A stretch of DNA of 64,000 nucleotides, from assembly GCA_964596525.1 (NCBI GenBank), contig CAZQUL010000001.1, positions 1,147,773-1,211,772 on the forward strand. Reading direction: 5' to 3'. This DNA comes from an uncultured Gammaproteobacteria bacterium (GTDB lineage: Bacteria; Patescibacteriota; Patescibacteriia; Magasanikbacterales; GWA2-37-8). Positions 17,757 through 27,612 of the stretch are shown one piece after another. A program made the translations under genes and the position numbers. Under the pieces are notes generated by a model that saw only the letters and a list, made by a program, of their open reading frames with translations, ran no database searches and was not told the DNA's origin. Each line of letters starts with the position of its first letter. The stretch's first letter is position 1.

Positions 17757-18959
17757 ATGACCTCGCCATACCATCACTTTTTCCCTCTGTTTGAACATCA
17801 TCCCACCCTCGCCTACCTCGACTCAGCCGCTACCACCCAAACCTGCAGCGCGGCCATTCAAGCGATGAACGATTACTACACCACCTACCGCGCCCCTGTG
17901 CATCGCGGGCTCTACAGCCTCGCCACCACTGCAACTGATGCACTTGAACATGCCCGAGAAGTAGTCGCACACTTCATCAACTCAGCACCCGAAGAGATCG
18001 TATTTACCGCCGGAACTACCGCCAGCCTGAACATGCTCGCGCATTCGCACGCCGAACGTTTGGGTGCCGACGACACCGTAGTGCTTACGGAGTACGAACA
18101 TCACGCGAACCTGCTGCCATGGCAAGAATTATCGCAGCGGTACGGTTTTGCGATTCGTTATCTAAAACTGACTGAGAATTTTGAGCTCGATGTTTCCAAC
18201 CTCGATGCGATGATCGACGCCTCAACGAAAGTTGTGAGTGTGGGTTCGGTTTCTAACGTACTTGGCACGCGGGCGCCGCTTGATGCACTCAGAACGCGAG
18301 CGCGGGCCGTGGGCGCGACATTCATCGTTGACGCGGCTCAAAGCGCTGCCCACGAACCGATCGATGTCCGAGCGTGGAATGCCGATTTCGTGGTTTTCTC
18401 CGGACACAAAGTATATGGCCCGACGGGTGTTGGCGTTATGTACGGCAAGAAGGAATTACTGAACGCACTTAATCCTATAAATTGGGGCGGGCATATGGTA
18501 GAAGAGGCATTCCTCGATCGTCCAGCCGTCTACCGCGCGGCTCCAGCCCGTTTTGAACCGGGCACGCCGCCGATCGCGGAAATTATCGGCCTGGGCGCCG
18601 CCCTCACCTGGCTGCGCAACCAAGGAATATCGCAGATGCACACCTATGAAGAAGGCCTTGTACGGTACTTTTTCGAGTCTCTCCCTGATTTTGTCCGCGT
18701 GATCGGACCGGGGTACGCGCCAAACCGGCACGGCATTATTTCTTTTACTCTCAATGGCGTTCACCCTCATGACATCGCCGAAGTGCTCGGACAAGAACAT
18801 ATCGCGGTACGTGCCGGGCACCATTGCGCCGCGCCGCTTATGAAACAGCTCGGCCTTAGTGGTACGACGCGAGTATCGTTTGGTGCCTACACATCAAAAA
18901 ACGACATCGATCGTTTATTCGCGGCGCTCAAGAAAACTCACCGTCTTTTCACCGCCTAA
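17757..18959 (+). CDS. sufS: Cysteine desulfurase SufS (class V aminotransferase)
   Basis: PLP-lysine motif SGHKVYGPTGVGV and catalytic-Cys region RAGHHCA; start set to M27. Confidence 0.8.
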   Translation: MTSPYHHFFPLFEHHPTLAYLDSAATTQTCSAAIQAMNDYYTTYRAPVHRGLYSLATTATDALEHAREVVAHFINSAPEEIVFTAGTTASLNMLAHSHAERLGADDTVVLTEYEHHANLLPWQELSQRYGFAIRYLKLTENFELDVSNLDAMIDASTKVVSVGSVSNVLGTRAPLDALRTRARAVGATFIVDAAQSAAHEPIDVRAWNADFVVFSGHKVYGPTGVGVMYGKKELLNALNPINWGGHMVEEAFLDRPAVYRAAPARFEPGTPPIAEIIGLGAALTWLRNQGISQMHTYEEGLVRYFFESLPDFVRVIGPGYAPNRHGIISFTLNGVHPHDIAEVLGQEHIAVRAGHHCAAPLMKQLGLSGTTRVSFGAYTSKNDIDRLFAALKKTHRLFTA

Positions 18960-18961
18960 CT

Positions 18962-19327
18962 ATGGATTCGTATACCGATATTCTTCTTGAGCTCTACCGC
19001 CACCCGCTCAACAAAAAACGGATCACCCATCCTTCTTTGTACCATCACGAAGTAAACCCGATCTGCGGCGATGAGGTGGAACTTTTTGTAATCGTCAAAG
19101 ACGAGCGCGTTACGGATATCGGTTTTGAAGGAAACGGATGCGCTATTTCGCAGGCTGCCGCCTCGGTGACGACCGAAGAACTGAAGGGGAAAACGCTTGC
19201 AGAAGCACAGCACATTACCCCCACCACCATCCTTTCTCTTTTGGGCTTGGAAAAACTCAATCCAACGCGCCTGCGGTGCGCGACACTCGCCCTTGAAGCG
19301 CTCAAAAAAGCCATAAAAACAGCTTAA
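18962..19327 (+). CDS. sufU: SufU/IscU-like Fe-S cluster assembly scaffold
   Basis: NPICGDEV, GNGCAISQAAAS and LRCATLAL conserved Cys ligands. Confidence 0.8.
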   Translation: MDSYTDILLELYRHPLNKKRITHPSLYHHEVNPICGDEVELFVIVKDERVTDIGFEGNGCAISQAAASVTTEELKGKTLAEAQHITPTTILSLLGLEKLNPTRLRCATLALEALKKAIKTA

Positions 19328-19373
19328 AGATGGTCTTTTTTCATTACGGACTGGATAAAAATCCGGTTTTTTA

Positions 19374-19402
19374 TTGACAAAAGGCTGATTTTTAGATAGT
19401 AT
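19374..19402 (+). promoter_or_regulatory. Sigma70-like promoter TTGACA-17-TAGTAT
   Basis: Read directly upstream of the 19435 gene. Confidence 0.45.
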
Positions 19403-19434
19403 ATTGAGTTCAGAAACGACGGAAAGGAATAAAC

Positions 19435-19848
19435 ATGTCGAACCTTGGAAAAACGTGCGATTGCCCGTGCCACCAGACGCTCGGTGGATACCTCAAAGAA
19501 CGCTCTCTCAAGATGGGAGTCTTCACCCTGCTGTGCTCCCTCCTGGCGCTCGGGTACGTTTCCAGTATTACGAACAATGTTTGCATTATCCTGCTTACTC
19601 TGGTCTGTTCTAACGCATCCGGCATGATGGTACTAACAGCAGACGAGATTGTCCGTCGGAAACACAATCTGAAGCAACCGCTCGGTCAATTAGGCACGGT
19701 GGTTGCCTGGATTTTTCTTCCACTGACCATGATGATCGCTTCGCAAACGAAATCTCAGCTCCGCAGCCTGACGGACCAGGAAATTCTTCACGGGCTGAAG
19801 GACCTGAATCCATTCAGACAAAAACTGCTGCCTGGAAAACATGATTAG
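19435..19848 (+). CDS. Membrane protein with an N-terminal CDCPCH motif, hypothetical
   Basis: GGAAAGGA SD; three hydrophobic segments. Confidence 0.4.
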   Translation: MSNLGKTCDCPCHQTLGGYLKERSLKMGVFTLLCSLLALGYVSSITNNVCIILLTLVCSNASGMMVLTADEIVRRKHNLKQPLGQLGTVVAWIFLPLTMMIASQTKSQLRSLTDQEILHGLKDLNPFRQKLLPGKHD

Positions 19849-19881
19849 CGGCCATTGTCTGACCGCATGGAGGAGAATGCA

Positions 19882-20439
19882 ATGGGCACAGAACTCGCTC
19901 TGATGAGGCGTAAAAACAACGGTCTTTCACTGTCTGTCGCCACCCATCTGCGGGAGCGGGCACTGGTCATGGCTCTTAAGGCGCTCGGGGCAAGCACGCT
20001 GACACTCCTGCCCTATACGCTTTTAGCTCAAAAAGTATCGTGCCTCACCTTCGTTGCAATAGAGGTAGCGCTCAACACGCTTATGATGCTTCTGGTGGTC
20101 AAGCACGAGATCTTTGAGCACACTCAGAAAGGTCGGCAGATCGCGGAAACATGGAACGAGTACAGGAGCGACTTTTTTGACCAGCACCCTTGGACATACA
20201 CGATTCTGTCCTTCGCGTTCCCCTTCATTTTTAGTCCGCTCTACGCCTCCTTTGTGGTTGAGAAAGGGAGGCGCGAAAACAGCATCACTGATGCCGAGCT
20301 TCTCAAGCCGCTCGCGAAACTCTTCGGACAACTGAACCCAGGGAGCTGCGAGTTGCAGCCCATGCTCGCACCCCACGTTGCCCTGCGAAGGCGCACGCGG
20401 CACCACCGCAAGCTCCTCAAGTGCTGGAAGGCAGCCTGA
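19882..20439 (+). CDS. Membrane protein, hypothetical
   Basis: Start at ATG with GGAGGAG 6 nt upstream. The overlapping minus ORF 20023-20856 is rejected because it overlaps sufC. Confidence 0.4.
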   Translation: MGTELALMRRKNNGLSLSVATHLRERALVMALKALGASTLTLLPYTLLAQKVSCLTFVAIEVALNTLMMLLVVKHEIFEHTQKGRQIAETWNEYRSDFFDQHPWTYTILSFAFPFIFSPLYASFVVEKGRRENSITDAELLKPLAKLFGQLNPGSCELQPMLAPHVALRRRTRHHRKLLKCWKAA

Positions 20440-20562
20440 TAAGGCAACATCACCGAGTTCACCATACCGCAACAACCCTAAACCGGTACGCGGGCCGACC
20501 ATAACGGCCCGCTTTCGTTTCTCGACAAAACCGACAAAACCAGGTACCGTAGGCCTACTTAT

Positions 20563-21300
20563 ATGTCTCTTGTTATCAGCAAACTTGAAGTTGTGAGTAA
20601 TGGCACGCCGGTCGTACAAGGCGTGTCTTTGACGATCAATCCCGGTGAACTGCATGTCATCATGGGCGCCAATGGATCCGGAAAAACATCGCTCGCCAGC
20701 GCACTCATGGGCCATCCACGCTATCCAGTTACCAGCGGAACCATCGAGCTTGACGGTGCGGACATTACTGCTTTTACCCCCGATAAACGCGCCAAACTCG
20801 GACTTTTTCTGACGCAGCAATACCCGCCTACGGTGAGCGGAGTAAGCACGGCCCAATTTTTGCGCTTGGCTAAAAATAATCTCACGTCAAGCGTCGCCAA
20901 TCCCCTATCGTTCAATAAAGAATTACGCCAACATTTGAGCGACGCGGGTTTAAATGAAACATTCCTCACCCGCAACGTTAACGAAGGATTTTCGGGCGGA
21001 GAAAAAAAACGCGCCGAACTGGCCGCACTCCTTACCCTCAATCCGCGGTATGCCGTTCTCGACGAGATCGATTCTGGCCTCGATGTGGATGGCGTAAAAA
21101 TGGTAGCAGGAGTTCTTGCAAAATTCCTTGGAACGGATAAAGGTGTACTGCTTATTTCGCATTCACCTCATCTTTTAAAAAATCTCAAACCATCATACGT
21201 TCATATCATGCGCAAGGGTAAAATTATTAAAACCGGATCCGCTGAACTGAGCGCTGAGATTGAAAAAACCGGTTACGAAAGTTTTAACGATAACGATTGA
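20563..21300 (+). CDS. sufC: Fe-S cluster assembly ATPase SufC
   Basis: Walker A GANGSGKTSL, signature FSGGEKKR, Walker B LDEIDSGLD. Confidence 0.85.
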   Translation: MSLVISKLEVVSNGTPVVQGVSLTINPGELHVIMGANGSGKTSLASALMGHPRYPVTSGTIELDGADITAFTPDKRAKLGLFLTQQYPPTVSGVSTAQFLRLAKNNLTSSVANPLSFNKELRQHLSDAGLNETFLTRNVNEGFSGGEKKRAELAALLTLNPRYAVLDEIDSGLDVDGVKMVAGVLAKFLGTDKGVLLISHSPHLLKNLKPSYVHIMRKGKIIKTGSAELSAEIEKTGYESFNDND

Positions 21301-21375
21301 CATACAAGCGGTAACCCTGTATGATGCGTCGTTACCGCAACGCTCTATGGATGACCAAACAACGAGGAGTAGAAC

Positions 21376-21783
21376 ATGCGAAAACATGCGGTTTCTTTGC
21401 TCATTGTGAATGCACTTGGCATGGTCGGCTGCATGGAGGATTTTCTCAAGCCACTGCCGGCCCCGTCGGCGCAAGAGCTTGCAGCTGAGCGTGCCGAGCA
21501 AGCACGGGTCGAACGCGAGAGCGCTACCAGCAACATCTTGTATTCAGCGCTTCATCGCCATACCAATAATTTCATCTTCGTTTTCGATATGCGCGATGGC
21601 ACATGCACGAAGATGGGATACTTCCCTATGAACTCGCACCACGGAACGGTGGTCGCGCTGCCGGTCCCTAGCCCCACATGCGCCAAGCCAGAGCTCAAGG
21701 ACCACCTCGTCACTCTCTACGGCCCGGATGAGGCCGCCGAAGCTCTGCCGGACGCCGGGGCACCCACCAAGGATCTGCGATGA
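21376..21783 (+). CDS. Putative lipoprotein, hypothetical
   Basis: Signal peptide with a lipobox-like LGMVGC; SD GAGGAG. Confidence 0.5.
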   Translation: MRKHAVSLLIVNALGMVGCMEDFLKPLPAPSAQELAAERAEQARVERESATSNILYSALHRHTNNFIFVFDMRDGTCTKMGYFPMNSHHGTVVALPVPSPTCAKPELKDHLVTLYGPDEAAEALPDAGAPTKDLR

Positions 21784-21911
21784 AGAACCGAACGCCGCGC
21801 GAGTCATGCGCCACGACCATCTTTTATCTACTCGCCGGGATCGCCGGGCTCACGATCACCATCCCTCTTCTCGCTCTCGCCCTCATGGCCGAACCGCGCC
21901 GCCAGCCGTAG
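21780..21911 (+). CDS. Small single-TM peptide (43 aa), translationally coupled (ATGA overlap) to the upstream gene
   Basis: ATG overlaps the TGA stop of the previous gene; hydrophobic core TTIFYLLAGIAGLTITIPLLALALM; hairpin downstream. Confidence 0.35.
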   Translation: MKNRTPRESCATTIFYLLAGIAGLTITIPLLALALMAEPRRQP

Positions 21912-21983
21912 CCAGGATAATCCCGGGCCGCACTGGCGGTTTTTGATTGCCCTTAAGTACTAAAGATGGTACATTTGTGCTAT

Positions 21984-22271
21984 ATGATGACCAAAGAAGA
22001 CATAGTCACTATTCTAAAAACTGTTAAAGATCCGGAGGTGCATCTGGATATCTGGACCATGGGCCTTATTTACGATATTTCGATCGCGGAGGACGGAAAA
22101 GTTCGCATCCTTATGACCTACACCACGCCGTTTTGCCCCTGGGGACCGGATATGCAGGAAGAAATAAAAAGCAAGCTAGTCGACGCCGGTATTGTAGAGC
22201 CAGAAATAACTATCACGTTCACTCCGCCCTACACGATGCCGCCTGACCTGCGTGCTTCACTGGGCATCTAA
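21984..22271 (+). CDS. DUF59/MIP18 (SufT-like) Fe-S assembly protein
   Basis: VKDPEV...DIWTMGLIY...TTPFCPWG matches the DUF59 pattern; start placed at the internal Met. Confidence 0.65.
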   Translation: MMTKEDIVTILKTVKDPEVHLDIWTMGLIYDISIAEDGKVRILMTYTTPFCPWGPDMQEEIKSKLVDAGIVEPEITITFTPPYTMPPDLRASLGI

Positions 22272-22336
22272 ATTTTCCACCTAACAGGCAATCAGGCTTG
22301 CCTGCCACAGGCAGGTACAAGCTAAAAGCTATTTCT

Positions 22337-22645
22337 ATGAAAACCATTCGGGTCTGTACAGGCCGGAGCTGCCGCGATCGCGGTGCCACCACGCTCATCG
22401 AAACCATCGCCACACACTACCGTACTAAACCGGGCGCGGATAACGGCCAGGTGGATTTGAATATCTGCGACTGTTTGGGTTACTGCGAACAAGCTCCGAG
22501 CGTCTTGGTGGACGACACGCTTCTTATTACCGAAGCTTCACCGACTAGGATTATTTCCGACATCGAAGCGAATAAAGGCCGAGACATTCGGAACATGTCA
22601 CTCGAGGAGCTGACCAAAGACGAGCTGTTCGATGATTTTATATAA
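22337..22645 (+). CDS. Thioredoxin-like [2Fe-2S] ferredoxin (NuoE-like)
   Basis: CTGRSC...CDCLGYCEQAP four-Cys pattern. Confidence 0.65.
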   Translation: MKTIRVCTGRSCRDRGATTLIETIATHYRTKPGADNGQVDLNICDCLGYCEQAPSVLVDDTLLITEASPTRIISDIEANKGRDIRNMSLEELTKDELFDDFI

Positions 22646-22830
22646 AAAAAGCGCTCACGGGAGCATGTCATGCGCTTGTCGGGCCACTGCCCGGGGGGGT
22701 GAGGCTCGGGGCCCAATACGAAGCGGATGCTGTACTACCGTGAGCTCTTTCTTTCTACCGCGCCCCAGAGCTTCTGTCAAGCGCGCATTTGTGCATAATT
22801 CTGGCTTAGATTTCAATTTCTCGCCCATCT

Positions 22831-23094
22831 ATGGACAACCAACCTTTTTCCGAAGGAGTAAAACCTACCGGACGCATCCGTAAAATCGTCGTTGACCGGG
22901 TAAAATGCATCGGCGCACGCTCCTGCGTGGCTGTGGCGCCGGGCGTTTTTCAGATGGATGACGGCAATTTAGCCTATGTTGTAAACCCGGAAAGCGAAGA
23001 TGATGATACCATTCTTCTGGCGGCGCAATCTTGCCCGGTATTGGCCGTACTGCTCTATGATGAAAACGGCAAACAAATCTTTCCCGAAGAATAA
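22831..23094 (+). CDS. Small 4Fe-4S single-cluster ferredoxin
   Basis: CIGARSCVAVAPGVF...SCPVLAV motif. Confidence 0.6.
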   Translation: MDNQPFSEGVKPTGRIRKIVVDRVKCIGARSCVAVAPGVFQMDDGNLAYVVNPESEDDDTILLAAQSCPVLAVLLYDENGKQIFPEE

Positions 23095-23107
23095 GCGGTC
23101 TCCCAAA

Positions 23108-25117
23108 CTAAAGCTCGCTAACAGCACTCCCCTGCGCGCCGCCGTAGCGCTCGCTTGCAACCAACTCCGCCGATGAACGGCCAGAACTTGTTTGAAATGC
23201 AAACTCTTTTAATTTCTTTCCGCCGAGCGAGAAAAAGCGTGCCATGCCTTTACTTTTGTTGATTGGCGCGGTGATTACAAGAAAATTCTCTGTCATAGAA
23301 TCTTTTATGACGGCAACGGAAACGCCATCGGCTTCCTTGGCGCTGTAGGGTGTAAAACGGCCGACAAAGCGGTCGTTTTGCTCGTTGTAGATAAGCACTT
23401 CGCCACCTTTCTTACCACGCACGCCGACGATGAGCTCGGGGTTTCCATTGCCGTTCGTGTCAGCCAGAGCAATACTCAAACCGCCGCGATAGGTGGTGCC
23501 GAGCGGATAAATCGTATGCACTTTTTGTATGCCGCGATAGACAACGATCGCTCCGCCGCCGCTCTTTTGCGCAACCGCATACGATAGTGGTTGCCCAGGC
23601 ACAGGGGTTGCAACCGCAAGAGTGTACGAAAAACTACCCTGCGCACCAAGCGGCAGATCGGAAAAAAGCACGGTGCCGTCTTTACTCCATACCTCGAGTT
23701 TATTTTTGGTAAGGACGATTTTTTGCTCTGTGCCGCGCCCCTCTACATCGCCGCTATACACATACGCTCCGGCCGGTACCGATGGGTCAGCCGCAAAAAC
23801 TCCTGGTGTTGTTGCGCCCACCGGCTGAAGATATGACCCGCTCATAAAAACGCTCTGTTCTGGAAGAACGGTTTTTTTAAGCAGGATAACGCCGTCGCGC
23901 GGTTGGATAGTTACCGAGCGCACCGCGCCGCCGTGGTTAACGCGCGTATCTTGGCTGCCGCCAAGCGCGTAATACACGGCACCGAGATTGACGGTCTGAA
24001 CCGAGTCTGTTGGGTTGACAAGCACACTACCGCCGGTAAAATCACGCCGCCATACCGCCGAACGGTTGAAAACCGTGTGGCCTTTGGTGTTATACGCCGC
24101 ACCCAACGGATCGCCCAAAGAAGTAGTGTATTCGTCATACCACCAGCGAGCGGCATGGTCGTGCGCGCCGTTATCGAAAGAAAAATAGGCATCGAGAAGA
24201 AGTGCACTTGTTAGACCATAACGCATCTGCGACCAGCTGGAAAAAACACCGGTATTATGCGTGTTGGAATTAAAGATAAGCGCTGGACGCCCGGCGATTT
24301 TTTTCTTTTGCGCCGCGACCTGCATAGTATATGCCCAGTCGAACTCCGGAAAACTCTCGATCATGATGCCGTCAACGAGCGCGTTGTAACGGGTGTGGCC
24401 CGGACCGGTATTGGCCAAAATCCAAAACGATTGCGGCACCAAACGACGCGTTTCGGTAAACAGGCGTTCATAACCTTGTTGCCACGCGCTATTCGCATCA
24501 GGGTCTAATTGCCCATCACGGTTAGCGTCTACGGTGATCTTGTTGTTTTTGGCGAGCCAGTCTACATCCTGCCAGGCATTATCATAAAAAATACCATCCC
24601 ACAAACCCGACGAGGCAATCTCTTGGTGGACAAAATTCGCCAAATGCGTTGACCATGTTTTTCCGTTTACTACCGGACTTAGACTGCTCATGTTAAGCAT
24701 GCTGGTATCTTTCCAGAAAGAAATACGGTTACCGCTCGTATCAAGCAGATACCATTCGAATTTGATGCCCGACGCCAAACGGCGGCGCATCTCACTCGTG
24801 CCAGATAGTGCATCATACCTGATCTCTTGAGATGTAACGTAGGCAATCAGTTTGATAGAGGGATTGAGAGTCCGGAGCTTGCGGAGTTTATCTGGGTTCG
24901 TAACTTGGTTTTCCATGTCGAGAATAAGCACGTCCCAGCGGGCAAGTTCGGCGAGTTCACCCTCACTGAGCTGCCAGGGTAAATAGTAGTTGACGAGCCG
25001 CGGCGCCCCGGGGCGACTACCTGCTGCCCGCGTTAACGAAGGAAAAAAACACACTGCAAGCAACAAAAAAACAGCGAGTTTACTCGTAAACAGGAGTTTA
25101 CAAACTCTCTGCAGCAT
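23108..25117 (-). CDS. Secreted GH114-like (TIM-barrel endo-alpha-1,4-polygalactosaminidase-like) glycoside hydrolase with C-terminal FG-GAP/integrin-like repeats
   Basis: Signal peptide from M20; LPWQL...DVLILDMEN...IKLIAYV pattern; TNGNGNPELIVG FG-GAP motif. The track ORF extends to 25174. Confidence 0.5.
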   Translation of the reverse strand: MLQRVCKLLFTSKLAVFLLLAVCFFPSLTRAAGSRPGAPRLVNYYLPWQLSEGELAELARWDVLILDMENQVTNPDKLRKLRTLNPSIKLIAYVTSQEIRYDALSGTSEMRRRLASGIKFEWYLLDTSGNRISFWKDTSMLNMSSLSPVVNGKTWSTHLANFVHQEIASSGLWDGIFYDNAWQDVDWLAKNNKITVDANRDGQLDPDANSAWQQGYERLFTETRRLVPQSFWILANTGPGHTRYNALVDGIMIESFPEFDWAYTMQVAAQKKKIAGRPALIFNSNTHNTGVFSSWSQMRYGLTSALLLDAYFSFDNGAHDHAARWWYDEYTTSLGDPLGAAYNTKGHTVFNRSAVWRRDFTGGSVLVNPTDSVQTVNLGAVYYALGGSQDTRVNHGGAVRSVTIQPRDGVILLKKTVLPEQSVFMSGSYLQPVGATTPGVFAADPSVPAGAYVYSGDVEGRGTEQKIVLTKNKLEVWSKDGTVLFSDLPLGAQGSFSYTLAVATPVPGQPLSYAVAQKSGGGAIVVYRGIQKVHTIYPLGTTYRGGLSIALADTNGNGNPELIVGVRGKKGGEVLIYNEQNDRFVGRFTPYSAKEADGVSVAVIKDSMTENFLVITAPINKSKGMARFFSLGGKKLKEFAFQTSSGRSSAELVASERYGGAQGSAVSEL

Positions 25118-25258
25118 ACACGGTAACGGTGATTGCAACCTAAAGTTAATAAGGGTGGCCAAAAGACCACCCAAGATTTTACCTAATCTTAGTCAAAATG
25201 TCAATTTTTACCCTCCTCCTCATGTGGATAGAACTAAAAAAATATTTTGGCTAAAATA

Positions 25259-27553
25259 TCATCTTTTTTCCGGTGGGACACGTTCGTCAAATCCTTTCCA
25301 CCACAAGCGTCCCTGTTCAAGGCGATCACGTCGGAATTGATAAAGTCGTAAAAGTTCGCATGATGTTATAGGGGCGGTAGAAGAAACGGTTAAATTTTCC
25401 GGGCATCGCAGAGTATCAGGCACTTCGTAGGTGATGCTACGCGCACCGTTTGGCAGCGCTTCGTTGCTGTATAAACCGAGTTCATGCATACCAATAATAT
25501 TGGGGTATTTCGCCCGATCATCAAACAGCGAATGGCCCTCAAACGAATGTGGCGTATTGATACCGAGAAGATGGAGGATCGTCGGCGTAAAATCGAGTCC
25601 TGACGACCAGATCGAAACATCTTTAGGCAGTACCGAATCCGGCACGTACATAAGGAAAACATTTTCGTCGTAGAAGGAAAGATTTGGCTCATTAGGGAAG
25701 AGATCTTTGGTGATAGCACCGGGGAAGATGGCATGGTCCCCAACCGCTATGAGGATAGTATTGGAAGCAAACGGGCTCGCCTTAAAGGTTTTCCAGAAAG
25801 ATAGGAGCGCATTATCGGTAGTGTGGAATGAATTGAGAACTGGTTGTTTACCATCACCATACGGCACAGCGTCTTGCGCCAATGTGAAGGGTGGGTGCGT
25901 ATCAACCGTAGAAAGCGTGATGAAAAACGGCGATGACGTACGATATTCGGTCTGCATGAGACGGTTTAAAAACGGCAGCATCTGATGATCGGAAAAGCCC
26001 CAGGACTGCGGTTTTTCAGGGATATGTTTAGCCAGTTCGTCGGTACCAAAAATATGCTCTACCCCCATGCTCGCGAAAATACCGTCTTTGTGGGCAAAGG
26101 TTTTATCGACCGCGGTGATATACGCGGTATACCCATACCCAAAACGGCGGAGCACTTCCGGCAAACACAGGAGTTTGTGGCGCTGGAGTTTACGATCGTT
26201 CTGGATTTCATCATGTCCGGTAGGTGGCAAGAACGAACACAGCTGTGACAAAATACCCGTAATGGTGGGAGTGGAAGCGTTATGGTATTTGCGGATAATC
26301 GTGGTATCTGGATCGGCCGCCATAGCATTAAGGCCGGGCGTTACGTCTTTAAACCGTTCATTGTAGGGCCCGGTAAGTCGCGCCGAATAGGATTCGAGAA
26401 AAAGAACGACGATGTTGGGTGGGTTTTCCTGCAACCGATCGGCCAAAAGCGCTGTTGTGGTGGAAAAAACCTGCGGGTGATACGACAGGTAAAAATCATC
26501 GACATTGTAGAAGATGCCAAAGCGACGGAGTTTTTCTTCTAACTCTTTGGGGAGAGTGACAGTTTTTACTGTACCGAAATAGCGGTTATAGAACGAACGT
26601 ACAATCGCATGCTCAGGCGTATTCTTGATCGAGGAAAGGCCGGTGAGCGACAGCACGGCCATAAGGAGAATCGCGAACGAATACCAGACCGAATACCGCC
26701 GCGGAACTTGGGTGTGGACGCGTAACCCTTGGCGCACCACCATAACGAATGCCGCCCCTACCAGAATAACCGCCGCGGTCATAAAATACGTAAACGAGTT
26801 AAGTAGCACACCGCGCGAACCTTCGGCATGATCGACAGAAACGGGACTCAGATAGAGGCCTGAAAAATAAAGAATGCCAATGTTAAACGCCCAGGCGATG
26901 AGCGCTCCGCCAAAAAAAACGAGCCACGCGAGAGCGGCAACGGAACGAAACCAAGAGCGCCCAGACCAGGCGATGAGCATTGCCACCGCCCATAGACCAA
27001 GCCAAAAAAAGGTCATGGCGAGCGATCGGAACAAGACGATGTTGAAAAACTTGATGTTCGCATCGAGAATATACCAGCGGTACGCGGAATACTGCAGGAG
27101 GGCCTGCAACAAGAAGATGCTGTACGTAAACAAAAAAGTGGAACGATGCACCGCGAGCCACGGCGCAGCCGCAGGATGTTTGGCCAAAATCCGCCCAGCC
27201 ACGAAAAAGAAAAAAGGCAACCAGAGCGCTACATATACAAGGGTTGCAAGCTCGTTGCGCGAGAAAAAAATAAGAAACAGGAGCGAGCCGGCAGCATAGA
27301 GCTTATCAAGTTCGGGAGTAAGAACCGTATACCAGAACGGATGACGACGTGTGCGCCGCATAATTTGAACTGCGATGCGCGAAAAAATAAGATACCCCGC
27401 CAATGCAACAATCGTGAGCGCAGCAACTTTACCCGAAAATTGAACCATGTCGCGACGGCTAAAATGGTACCATCCCCAACTTACTGCGACGATACAACTG
27501 GCCAGAGTACAATACAAAGCGGCCATCAAACGATCACGGCTGAAAAAAGTCAT
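25259..27553 (-). CDS. LtaS/MdoB-like sulfatase-family membrane enzyme (lipoteichoic acid synthase-like phosphoglycerol transferase)
   Basis: Multi-TM N-terminus plus an extracellular alkaline-phosphatase/sulfatase domain (VVLFLESYSARL); 764 aa. Confidence 0.65.
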   Translation of the reverse strand: MTFFSRDRLMAALYCTLASCIVAVSWGWYHFSRRDMVQFSGKVAALTIVALAGYLIFSRIAVQIMRRTRRHPFWYTVLTPELDKLYAAGSLLFLIFFSRNELATLVYVALWLPFFFFVAGRILAKHPAAAPWLAVHRSTFLFTYSIFLLQALLQYSAYRWYILDANIKFFNIVLFRSLAMTFFWLGLWAVAMLIAWSGRSWFRSVAALAWLVFFGGALIAWAFNIGILYFSGLYLSPVSVDHAEGSRGVLLNSFTYFMTAAVILVGAAFVMVVRQGLRVHTQVPRRYSVWYSFAILLMAVLSLTGLSSIKNTPEHAIVRSFYNRYFGTVKTVTLPKELEEKLRRFGIFYNVDDFYLSYHPQVFSTTTALLADRLQENPPNIVVLFLESYSARLTGPYNERFKDVTPGLNAMAADPDTTIIRKYHNASTPTITGILSQLCSFLPPTGHDEIQNDRKLQRHKLLCLPEVLRRFGYGYTAYITAVDKTFAHKDGIFASMGVEHIFGTDELAKHIPEKPQSWGFSDHQMLPFLNRLMQTEYRTSSPFFITLSTVDTHPPFTLAQDAVPYGDGKQPVLNSFHTTDNALLSFWKTFKASPFASNTILIAVGDHAIFPGAITKDLFPNEPNLSFYDENVFLMYVPDSVLPKDVSIWSSGLDFTPTILHLLGINTPHSFEGHSLFDDRAKYPNIIGMHELGLYSNEALPNGARSITYEVPDTLRCPENLTVSSTAPITSCELLRLYQFRRDRLEQGRLWWKGFDERVPPEKR

Positions 27554-27612
27554 ACAATAGGATTGAATTTAGATGTTTCGTAGTATATAATCTCTTAGAT
27601 AGAGAAACAACT

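Noticed and set aside
20023-20856. 277-aa minus-strand ORF
   Set aside because: Overlaps the Walker A half of a clear sufC on the opposite strand; no SD; composition junk
22646-22830. GC-rich hairpins between the two ferredoxin genes; 83-aa ORF 22632-22883
   Set aside because: The ORF translation is low-complexity and overlaps the start of the next ferredoxin gene; hairpins not followed by U-runs
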